Shown here: positions 30,212 through 37,779 of the stretch, piece by piece
Layout of the letters: every line of letters starts with the position of its first letter
Position numbering within the stretch: the stretch's first letter is position 1
Assembly: GCA_964353635.1 (NCBI GenBank)
Contig: CAYGVS010000004.1
Coordinates: 1-54,106, forward strand
Length of the DNA: 54,106 nucleotides
Reading direction: 5' to 3'
DNA from: an uncultured archaeon
GTDB taxonomy: Archaea; Aenigmatarchaeota; Aenigmatarchaeia; QMZP01
Notes under the pieces: model-generated
What the model was told of the DNA's origin: nothing
Databases searched by the model: none
What the model saw: the letters and a program-made list of their open reading frames with translations, nothing else
Made by a program: the position numbers and the translations under genes

Positions 30212-33200
30212 ATGTTAATTTCATTTAAAACGAAATTTATATTTTTCTTATTAATTTTTTGTTTTTCAATTCCAATAAACTTTGTTTCAGGCTCAGAAGA
30301 AACTGTTCTATATTTGAAATTTGATGAAGGTGACGGAACTGTTGTATTTGATTCTTCAAACTATAGAAACAATGGTACTGTGAATAATGCATTTTGGGAA
30401 TTGAATAAATGTATAGATGGAAGTTGTCTTTTTTTCAATAATTTTAGTTCATATGCATCAGTAAATCAGCACGCATCATTGAATCCGCAAAATTTTACGA
30501 TAGAAGCATGGATATATAGTTTTGGCGGTACTGGCAATAGAACTATTGTCAATAAAGATACAAACGGTCCGGCCACAAGAGCTTGGAGATTACATTTAGA
30601 TTCTAATGAAAATGATAAACTGGTGGCAGATTTTCAAAGACCTATTGGTCTTCCTTGGGCGGTTGTTTACAGTAATAAAAGCATAAAGAATAATACATGG
30701 TATTATGTCGCTGCAACTTACAATCATTCTTATTTTTGCGTTTGGATTAATAGTGTTTTAAGTGGATGTTTGCTAGAAAATAGCGATATTGATTATCGTT
30801 GGACTCAATCAAAATTAATTATAGGTATGTCCGAAGATAGTAGTAACAAAAAATTAGAATATTTTAATGGTATAATTGATGAAGTTAAAATTTCAAATTA
30901 TGCTAAGAATTACTCCCAATTGTTTTCAATTTACAACGAATTTTGTCCAAACGATTTATGCAACCAAAAAAATAGTAATATTAAAAATGTAGTTAACCCC
31001 CTCATAATAACCTCTGCCGAGCAGAGAAATGTCCTCTCCGCGGTGCCTGCGAAAGCGCCTGTTCTTGTTGCTGATTCCATTACACCCGAAGTCATGCGGT
31101 TTATTGAGGATTACAAGCCTGACTGGATTTATACTGTGGGTTTTTCGTCCGGGCTTGGGAATTCCAGCAGGATCCTCTATAATCAGGTGCCTGGACTGTT
31201 CTTTCCCAATGCGAGCAGGGCTGTTTATGTGAATGGGAGTAGTAGGGAGAAGGGGATTCTTGCCTCTCAGATAGCGTATTATCTGGACATGCCGGTCGTT
31301 TTTGAGAGGGATGGAGGGAGCTATTCGGAGATTATTGACCTGGAGAACATGAGCCTCCAAGAGATAGGGGATTTCTACATCAATCTTGTGAAGGAGGACG
31401 GAAGGAACATAGACTATCTTGTCCTTACCAATTTCAGCAGCAGCGAGAGCCTGCTTGCAGGCAGGCTAGCTGGGATGCGGAATGGGTATATCATACCATT
31501 GGAGAATGGGAGTTATGAGGGTGTCATGGCAAGCCTCAGGGTCGGTGCTGATTTTTTGGGTTCGCATAATCTGTATCATAAGAATGTCATGTACAAAACT
31601 GGGAAGCCCCTCTATCTTGCCCTTCTTGGGAGCAATGAAAGCATTCCTCACATCCCGTTCTTCGATCCCGGATTGGAGATATTTGATAATAAGGATGGGT
31701 GGTGGCTGTATTCTGATGTGGGCTACTCAGATTTGAATGGGGATGGGTATTATGACCTGGCGCTCGGGAGGATGGAGGGATTGGAAGCAGCCTCGCTGCA
31801 TTTGGCAAGGCAATCGGTTCCGAAGAATCAGAGCGTGGTGCTTATTGGGGAGTATAGGCATGGGAAGTTTGAGGATTTGAAATTCTTTGGTAGCGGGATG
31901 TCGCAGGTGTTCGCAGCGCAGGTCCTGCTGGGCCATGTAAATGTTTCCACGAAAAGGATAGTTGAGGAGAAGCTGAGCAGCCTTGACGGGATTGGCAATT
32001 CGAGCATCTATGATTTTTTCGGGAAATTCAACACAATCGTTGCGACTATGATAGCTAAGAATATGGTGAAAGGAATAGCTTTGCCATGGACGGTTGCCGA
32101 GTATTCGAACATTGCCATGTATGCTATACTTGAGTATGATTGGAATTCATGGGCAAAGCTTCTTGGTATTATACCTGTTCCGAGGCATCTTGATTCTATT
32201 GAAGCCGATCTGGCTGAAAGGATTGGATCCCCTGGTGTGATTGGATACTTTGGGATGGGTGAGGGCTTCTGGCTGATTCCCAACAATAGCAGGAGCTATA
32301 TGGAGCTGCTGCTGAACCCTTACAGCAGGGCTGTGGAGTTTGACAACATCACCTTTTCAGGCTTCCTTTATGATGATCATGATGTGTCTGCAAAATCGGT
32401 CATAAAGGAGAAAGTTCTGAGAGAAGGTGGAAGCGTCATGGGATCATCGGGGATTGTGCATGATCCGTATAACATGCACACCTCTACCATGTTCTTCATA
32501 TGCCTGGCGCAGGGTAAGCCGTTGGGTCAGGCGTTTATGGAATCTGTGAATACTGACCCTCTTACATTCGCTGTTGGTTTCTTTTCATTGTATATGGCCT
32601 ACTCCAATATTGGGCAGGAAGAGGCTGCCATTGCATATCCGCTGCTTTACTCAAAAGACAAGCTTGAGAGGATACTTTGGGCAGACCCTGCAGCCACGCC
32701 TCTAGAAAGGAGATACTCGCCGCAGAAGGCTGTTTACAAAACCGGGCCTGCCAACTCTTTCATTGCTGAAGTTTTGGTTGCGGTCAACAGAACAGGACAG
32801 GAAGTCCTGAACGCTGACACCTATCTTGCTGAGCCGGAGAAGCCTCTGCTGCCTGTTTATTATAGAGAATTTGTGCTTCCAGAGGGCAGCTTCTTGAATT
32901 GGGTGAATGTTACTGGTAACTATTCACTGGAGAACTCTGGTATGGCTCTGGTTTATAATGATTCGCATTACACCAATTGGACAGAGATAATTGTCGGATG
33001 CATCGGCTCATTGGGATTTTCCAGCCTTCAGGAATTGGATGCAGAGAAGGAGAGCCTTATAGAAGATTGTGTTGATAATCTCACCCGGCCGGATGTGAGC
33101 TATCCGTACCCGAACGTAACATTCTGGTGGAAAGAGGCTAGGCTTCTGGATAATAGGACCATTGTCATGGTGTTCATCCCTGCTGTTATTGCGGAGAATG

Positions 33201-34969
33201 AGAGCCATAGCCTGTTTTTGGAAAGCGCAACCGTCCAGGTTGGTTATGAGGCTTCCATGGAAATGAATGTTTTTGCACAGGATGTTTTCTTGGGTGAGAA
33301 CGCAACTGTGCTTGTGGAACTCATGAACATGGGAAATGAGGTTTCCGGGAACATCTCTATTTTCGTGGAGGGGAATGGGAGCCTGGAATTTCTGGATGAA
33401 GTGACTGTCCTGGGAAATTCGAACACCACAATTGAGTTTTCTTTCCAGCCTAGTTTGGGGGAGCATGAAGTTACTGCTGTATTTGAGGGTGATAATGGAA
33501 TAGGGCCAAGGTATGCATATTTCTCCGTTCATGTCCCTCCTGCGCTATTTGTCGGTGATATTCCAGAAATTGAGGTCAATGAAGGTGAGGAGGCTGAATT
33601 CCATATAAGCCTTAAGAACACAGCTGGCTTCCTGCTAGAAAATATAAGCGTGGTTTATGAGGGGCCGTTTGAGGTGGAGCCCTATTCAAATGGATTCGAT
33701 TTTGAAGGGTATGGTAATATAATTTTAGATGCATACGTGAAAGTCCCGGAATCATATCTTCCTGGGAGATATTCTGGATTAGTAAATTTCTTCCCATCAA
33801 ACGACAAGAAGGTTACTGCAAACCTCACCTTTATTGTGCCTGCAAGGGCATCGTTTGATGTGCAGAGCAACATGCTTGCTGAAGCAATCAAGCCTGAGAG
33901 TTATCAGGAAATAATCATTCCTGTCCATAACACAGGCAATGTTCCGCTGGCTTTGAAAGGCTATTGTGAAGGGTTCGATGGGATTTCCTGCTCCTTCTTC
34001 CCAGATGATTTGGAGGTCCTTCCCGGACAGCAAGGGATGCTTTACGCAAACATCAGCGTTGATGGGGGGCATCAGTCTGGCCTGTTCTCCGGAACAATTC
34101 GGGTTTCAGGCGAGGGCGTATCAAAGGAAATGGCACTTGGTGTAGATGTCCTTGAAGCTGCATATTGGGAAATTTCTCCTTTGGAATGGCACTGCCGTCT
34201 CCCTGGATGCGTACAAGACTTCCTTGTTTCAAGCAGTCCTGAATCGAACATGCCGTTGGAGCTGGATTTCATCACGGGAAACCTTAGCCTGTTCTTCGAT
34301 GATTTTGTCACCAGTGTTTTGCCAGGAGAATCAAAAAATGTGACTATGGCTGACAAAGTGCTCCAGGAAGGCTTTGCCGCAGGCATTTATGAAGGGGAGA
34401 TTAGAGTTGCTGCAAGCTTGAATTCAGAGCCGGCGTACAATACAATAAAGACTAAGGTCATTGCAGAGGGGCCTGAGTTCACATTGGAGAAAGAGTTCTC
34501 GCCTGATAGTGTCATGCTCTTCTGGAAGCAGTTTGTTGCTCCAAGAGTGAGTCATGTTGAGATTTATCTGAATAACATAGGAGATGTCTCCATAGATAGA
34601 GTCAGGATCTCTGACGAGATTCCTGACGGCTGGAAGGGCAAGAAGCCTGTGATTTCCTTTGCGAAGAGAAACAAGAAGTCTATGGTGAAGGATTACATGG
34701 TTTCATATGAAAACGGCCAATTGAACCTTTCATTTAATTTCACTGGCAAGCCGTTGCTGAAGGGAGAGGGTCTGGAGATACATTATATGATTTATGCCCT
34801 GCCTGAAACAGTCCCAAAGCAGGGTATAATTACGCAGACTGTTGGAGAGTCTAGGAGCAGCCAGAACATATATTCGGTTGCCATCAAGGAGACGACATTG
34901 AAAGTCGAGTATTTTGACCCTCCTCAGTGGCTCAGGTGGCTGTTCGTTATGATTTATAGGCTGTGGTAG
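30212..34969 (+). CDS. Large secreted surface protein: signal peptide, LamG/ConA-like domain, degenerate peptidase C25-like region, C25 propeptide-like segment, Ig-like repeats, C-terminal hydrophobic tail
   Basis: LKFDEG.G..V.DSS, FTIEAW, WYYVAATY, FNG.IDEV.I (LamG); LLG..ESIP, YSDV.YSD, DLALGR, LG.AF, LWADP (C25-like); EPEKPLLP; HNTGNVPL repeats; many N-x-S/T sequons. Confidence 0.7.
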   Translation: MLISFKTKFIFFLLIFCFSIPINFVSGSEETVLYLKFDEGDGTVVFDSSNYRNNGTVNNAFWELNKCIDGSCLFFNNFSSYASVNQHASLNPQNFTIEAWIYSFGGTGNRTIVNKDTNGPATRAWRLHLDSNENDKLVADFQRPIGLPWAVVYSNKSIKNNTWYYVAATYNHSYFCVWINSVLSGCLLENSDIDYRWTQSKLIIGMSEDSSNKKLEYFNGIIDEVKISNYAKNYSQLFSIYNEFCPNDLCNQKNSNIKNVVNPLIITSAEQRNVLSAVPAKAPVLVADSITPEVMRFIEDYKPDWIYTVGFSSGLGNSSRILYNQVPGLFFPNASRAVYVNGSSREKGILASQIAYYLDMPVVFERDGGSYSEIIDLENMSLQEIGDFYINLVKEDGRNIDYLVLTNFSSSESLLAGRLAGMRNGYIIPLENGSYEGVMASLRVGADFLGSHNLYHKNVMYKTGKPLYLALLGSNESIPHIPFFDPGLEIFDNKDGWWLYSDVGYSDLNGDGYYDLALGRMEGLEAASLHLARQSVPKNQSVVLIGEYRHGKFEDLKFFGSGMSQVFAAQVLLGHVNVSTKRIVEEKLSSLDGIGNSSIYDFFGKFNTIVATMIAKNMVKGIALPWTVAEYSNIAMYAILEYDWNSWAKLLGIIPVPRHLDSIEADLAERIGSPGVIGYFGMGEGFWLIPNNSRSYMELLLNPYSRAVEFDNITFSGFLYDDHDVSAKSVIKEKVLREGGSVMGSSGIVHDPYNMHTSTMFFICLAQGKPLGQAFMESVNTDPLTFAVGFFSLYMAYSNIGQEEAAIAYPLLYSKDKLERILWADPAATPLERRYSPQKAVYKTGPANSFIAEVLVAVNRTGQEVLNADTYLAEPEKPLLPVYYREFVLPEGSFLNWVNVTGNYSLENSGMALVYNDSHYTNWTEIIVGCIGSLGFSSLQELDAEKESLIEDCVDNLTRPDVSYPYPNVTFWWKEARLLDNRTIVMVFIPAVIAENESHSLFLESATVQVGYEASMEMNVFAQDVFLGENATVLVELMNMGNEVSGNISIFVEGNGSLEFLDEVTVLGNSNTTIEFSFQPSLGEHEVTAVFEGDNGIGPRYAYFSVHVPPALFVGDIPEIEVNEGEEAEFHISLKNTAGFLLENISVVYEGPFEVEPYSNGFDFEGYGNIILDAYVKVPESYLPGRYSGLVNFFPSNDKKVTANLTFIVPARASFDVQSNMLAEAIKPESYQEIIIPVHNTGNVPLALKGYCEGFDGISCSFFPDDLEVLPGQQGMLYANISVDGGHQSGLFSGTIRVSGEGVSKEMALGVDVLEAAYWEISPLEWHCRLPGCVQDFLVSSSPESNMPLELDFITGNLSLFFDDFVTSVLPGESKNVTMADKVLQEGFAAGIYEGEIRVAASLNSEPAYNTIKTKVIAEGPEFTLEKEFSPDSVMLFWKQFVAPRVSHVEIYLNNIGDVSIDRVRISDEIPDGWKGKKPVISFAKRNKKSMVKDYMVSYENGQLNLSFNFTGKPLLKGEGLEIHYMIYALPETVPKQGIITQTVGESRSSQNIYSVAIKETTLKVEYFDPPQWLRWLFVMIYRLW

Positions 34970-35062
34970 TTTATCTAAAATTTAGATAATTTAATATTTC
35001 AAGCAACAATTTAAACCTTAATGATACATGCGTATAATGCCGTACTAGGCGCATGGCATCAT

Positions 35063-35198
35063 GCCTCAGTAGCTCAGCAGGTTCGGAAGTTTGAACGTGA
35101 CCGAGTCACGTTCTTTCGATGAGAAGAGCACTCGGCTGTTAACCTTGCAAGAAAGGGCTGATACCGAGTGGTCGAAGGTTCGAGTCCTTCCTGAGGCG
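35063..35198 (+). tRNA. tRNA-Asn(GTT) with an about 41-nt D-loop insertion (about 35083-35124) and a 21-nt 37/38 intron (35142-35162)
   Basis: Acceptor GCCTCAG/CTGAGGC+G, D stem GCTC/GAGC, anticodon stem CTCGG/CCGAG with CT-GTT-AA loop, T arm GAAGG-TTCGAGT-CCTTC; BHB at the 37/38 intron. Confidence 0.92.
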
Positions 35199-35219
35199 CT
35201 AACAGAATAAGGTGTTTCC

Positions 35220-35492
35220 ATGGACATTAGGATGGAGTTGATATCAAACTGCTTCGATATCAGGGGATTCAACAAAAGGTGCAATTTCCATGGCTGCGCA
35301 AGGGCTCCTGAAAAGGAAGCCCTCATAATGGAGAATGACCTGAAGAGACAGCAGAAAAAGGAGCTCGTTTCCCTTTATTTCTGCAGCAAGCACTTCGACA
35401 TGTGTGTGAAGGATTTATTAAACCAACTGAACAAAATATGTGAGAGCGGCAAGAACGTGTACATGGAAAGCTACGAGGCAGGAGCGAAATAA
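35220..35492 (+). CDS. Small Cys-rich hypothetical protein, possible Zn binder
   Basis: GGTG RBS upstream; CNFHGC...FCSKH pattern; fills the gap between two tRNAs. Confidence 0.65.
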   Translation: MDIRMELISNCFDIRGFNKRCNFHGCARAPEKEALIMENDLKRQQKKELVSLYFCSKHFDMCVKDLLNQLNKICESGKNVYMESYEAGAK

Positions 35493-35542
35493 AAGAAAGC
35501 ACACCTAAAAAGCAGCAATAGATGGGACGACGGAAATGTCGC

Positions 35543-35719
35543 GGGAACCTTAAGGGGATTGAAGGCGACGAGAGTAGCCTTCGGGTCAATAAAGGCCGCA
35601 TCGGTAGCTCAGTCCGGGAGAGCACACGGCTGAAGATCGATTGACGACTTGCATGGGTTTATCAAGTCTTCTTTCTATTTGCGACCGTGGTGTCGTGGGT
35701 TCAAATCCCACTCGTCCCA
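35543..35719 (+). tRNA. tRNA-Phe(GAA) with a 55-nt acceptor-stem intron at 4/5 (35547-35601) and a 48-nt 37/38 intron (35636-35683)
   Basis: Spliced product GGGA|CGG TA GCTC AGTCCGGGA GAGC A CACGG CTGAAG|A CCGTG GTGTC GTGGG TTCAAAT CCCAC TCGTCCC A (74 nt); both introns sit in BHB-type motifs. Confidence 0.9.
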
Positions 35720-35738
35720 TTCCATTGGAATTGGTTAT

Positions 35739-36317
35739 ATGGCAAAAAGCACGCAGGCGAAAGAGAAGAATGAAGTTCGTAGTATCTACAAGCCTGCGGA
35801 GTGCAGGCTCCTGGAGAACAAGCTCTTTGTTCCAAAGGGTTTTGATGAGCTGCTCCAAAGGTCTTACGGAAAACATATGGAAGGGAGATTGGAGCTGGCT
35901 TTCGTGGAGGCTCTCTACCTCCTTGAGAAAGGCAGGATAGCTGTCAAGAAGTCCGGGAAGAAGATGGGCTTCCAGGAGCTCATGGAGTTTGGGATGGAGA
36001 GGGACAAGAGGCTGCATGAGAAGTATGTCGTCTACAAGGACATTAGGGAGAGGGGACTGGTCGCCAAGACAGGTTTCAAGTTCGGATGTGATTTCAGGGT
36101 TTACCAGCGGGGAGTCGGCGTCAAGAAGGGTCCAAAGGAAGCCTCGGAGCACACGAAATGGATTGTTTACACAGTCCCTGAGGATTATGCGTGCTCCTTC
36201 GCTGAGCTCTCAAGGGCTGTGAGGCTTGCCCATTCTATAAGGGCCAGGATGCTCTGGGCGATAGTGGATAATGAGGACGATGTCACCTATTTCGAGGTCG
36301 TGAGGATAAAGCCTTAA
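35739..36317 (+). CDS. endA: tRNA-splicing endonuclease, single-unit (alpha4-like) subunit
   Basis: YGK..EG.LEL..VEALYL, VYKD.RERG..KTG.KFG.DFRVY, EH, R.AHS.R, AIVD..DV.Y....KP. Confidence 0.95.
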   Translation: MAKSTQAKEKNEVRSIYKPAECRLLENKLFVPKGFDELLQRSYGKHMEGRLELAFVEALYLLEKGRIAVKKSGKKMGFQELMEFGMERDKRLHEKYVVYKDIRERGLVAKTGFKFGCDFRVYQRGVGVKKGPKEASEHTKWIVYTVPEDYACSFAELSRAVRLAHSIRARMLWAIVDNEDDVTYFEVVRIKP

Positions 36318-36432
36318 GTCCAGAATAAGCTTCTTTAAGCCTGCGTACAAAGGTAGGAGAAAAAGCATAAAAGCCGTTGTTGTCCAATATATACGGTTGC
36401 GCAATGGCGGATAAAATCATAAGGTGCGAAAT

Positions 36433-36642
36433 ATGGGAAGGATAAAGAGCATTCCGGTCAAGAACCTTGGAGATGAGCTGATTGCCTCCCACGGGAAGAA
36501 GTTCACTGAGGATTTCGAGAGGAACAAGCAGGTTCTTGGTGAGGTCAAGAAGATAAAATCCAAGAGAACCAGGAATTTTGTCGCAGGCTACATAACGAAG
36601 CAAATGCAAAAAGCTAAGAAATCAAAGCCCAAGCAGGCCTGA
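36433..36642 (+). CDS. rps17e: 30S ribosomal protein S17e
   Basis: MGRIKS, FT.DFE.NK, SKR.RN.VAGYIT. Confidence 0.95.
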   Translation: MGRIKSIPVKNLGDELIASHGKKFTEDFERNKQVLGEVKKIKSKRTRNFVAGYITKQMQKAKKSKPKQA

Positions 36643-36689
36643 GCCTGTTACCAGGCCACGGGTTTCTAGTCGTGAGGAGTTGCTGCATT

Positions 36690-37769
36690 ATGGAAATCAG
36701 GGAAGTTCTTGAAAAGCCCCTTGTCGCAGGCAAGGGGGAGATGGTAAGCAAGGTGGCCTCCAGGATGCTTGCCGAAAGGAAGCACGAAGCCATTGTCATG
36801 GAGAACGGGAGGTTACTTGGTATCGTGCTCGCAAGGGACCTGGTCAAGAAGAAGATTTCAGACCCGCACAAAACTAAGATAGACGGCTTTGTGATTGAGG
36901 AGAAGCCGCTTCTGCCCGGCACTGACTTAGGAGAAATCATAAACATGTTCCTTATCAACGATTACAGGACGCTGCCTGTCAAGGATGAGGGCAGGATAAT
37001 GCTCCTCACGAAAATGAACCTCCTCAAGCTTGTGAAGGGGAACCCTGCGTTAAAAGGGAAGACTGCAGGCGATGTCATGAACTTCCCGTATTGTGTTAGC
37101 ATGGAGGATTCGCTTTCTGCAGCTAGGGCTATACTCAAGGACATGAATGTGTCCAGGCTTCCTGTACTAAGAGGGAACAAAGTTGAGGGTATGGTTGACA
37201 CGCTTGACCTCCTGAGCCCGCTGATAAAGGGTGAGCTTGACAAAAGAGGCGAGCCTTCTGAAGAAAGGACCCATATGGATGGTTTGCCGGCTTCATCTTT
37301 CATGAGAACTAACATACCCAGAACGGAGTCTTCAACTCCTTTGCAAAAAGTTGTAGATTCAATTATACAAACACAGTCCGCTGTTGTTGTTGAAAGCGAT
37401 GGCAAGCTTGTTGGTATTGTCACCCCAGGGGATGTGCTCAAGCTTCTTGGGAAGGAAGTGAAGGGGGCATACGTCACTATAAGCGGGATAAAGGAAGAGG
37501 ATGATTTCGTTAAATCGATGCTTTACAAAGAGATTGAAGCTACGCTGAGAAAAATAAACAAGATATATGCCGTGAACTACTTTGTTGCACATGTTGACGA
37601 GTACAAAACTACAGGCAAGATAAAGTACTCAATAAAAACCAGGCTTGCTACAGAAAGGGGCTTTTTCTTTGCTCATGACCATGACTGGAATATAACCAAG
37701 GCCATGAAAGGCGTGCTGGACAAGCTGGAGAAGGAAGTTGTGAAGAAGAAGGAGAAGCAGGTGATTTAG
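36690..37769 (+). CDS. Four-CBS-domain protein with C-terminal HPF/RaiA-like domain (candidate ribosome hibernation factor)
   Basis: Repeated CBS motifs (LLGIV..RDL, RLPV, GMVD..DL, LVGIVT.GDV); C-terminal beta-alpha-beta-beta-beta-alpha pattern ending 'DW....A...LDKLE'. Confidence 0.75.
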   Translation: MEIREVLEKPLVAGKGEMVSKVASRMLAERKHEAIVMENGRLLGIVLARDLVKKKISDPHKTKIDGFVIEEKPLLPGTDLGEIINMFLINDYRTLPVKDEGRIMLLTKMNLLKLVKGNPALKGKTAGDVMNFPYCVSMEDSLSAARAILKDMNVSRLPVLRGNKVEGMVDTLDLLSPLIKGELDKRGEPSEERTHMDGLPASSFMRTNIPRTESSTPLQKVVDSIIQTQSAVVVESDGKLVGIVTPGDVLKLLGKEVKGAYVTISGIKEEDDFVKSMLYKEIEATLRKINKIYAVNYFVAHVDEYKTTGKIKYSIKTRLATERGFFFAHDHDWNITKAMKGVLDKLEKEVVKKKEKQVI

Positions 37770-37779
37770 CGGTGGTTCT

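Noticed and set aside
35524-35604. tRNA-Phe starting at GGGACGA (35524) with a 74-nt intron at 7/8
   Set aside because: No register gives a BHB at those boundaries, whereas the 35546/35602 junction has a complete hBHBh'; the upstream copy is better explained as leader decoy
35066-35625. Minus-strand ORFs of 86 and 100 aa
   Set aside because: Antisense to tRNAs and the Cys-rich ORF, with no protein-like motifs
35598-35719. tRNA-Phe as a pseudogene with mismatched acceptor stem
   Set aside because: The mismatch disappears after removing the 4/5 intron
35649-35738. N-terminal extension of EndA in the ORF track
   Set aside because: Overlaps the tRNA-Phe intron and 3' exon; ATG 35739 gives a normal-length protein
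36373-36408. Possible hairpin GCCGTTG/CAATGGC upstream of rps17e
   Set aside because: Only 7 bp with a large loop containing the likely TATA box, so probably not transcribed as a unit
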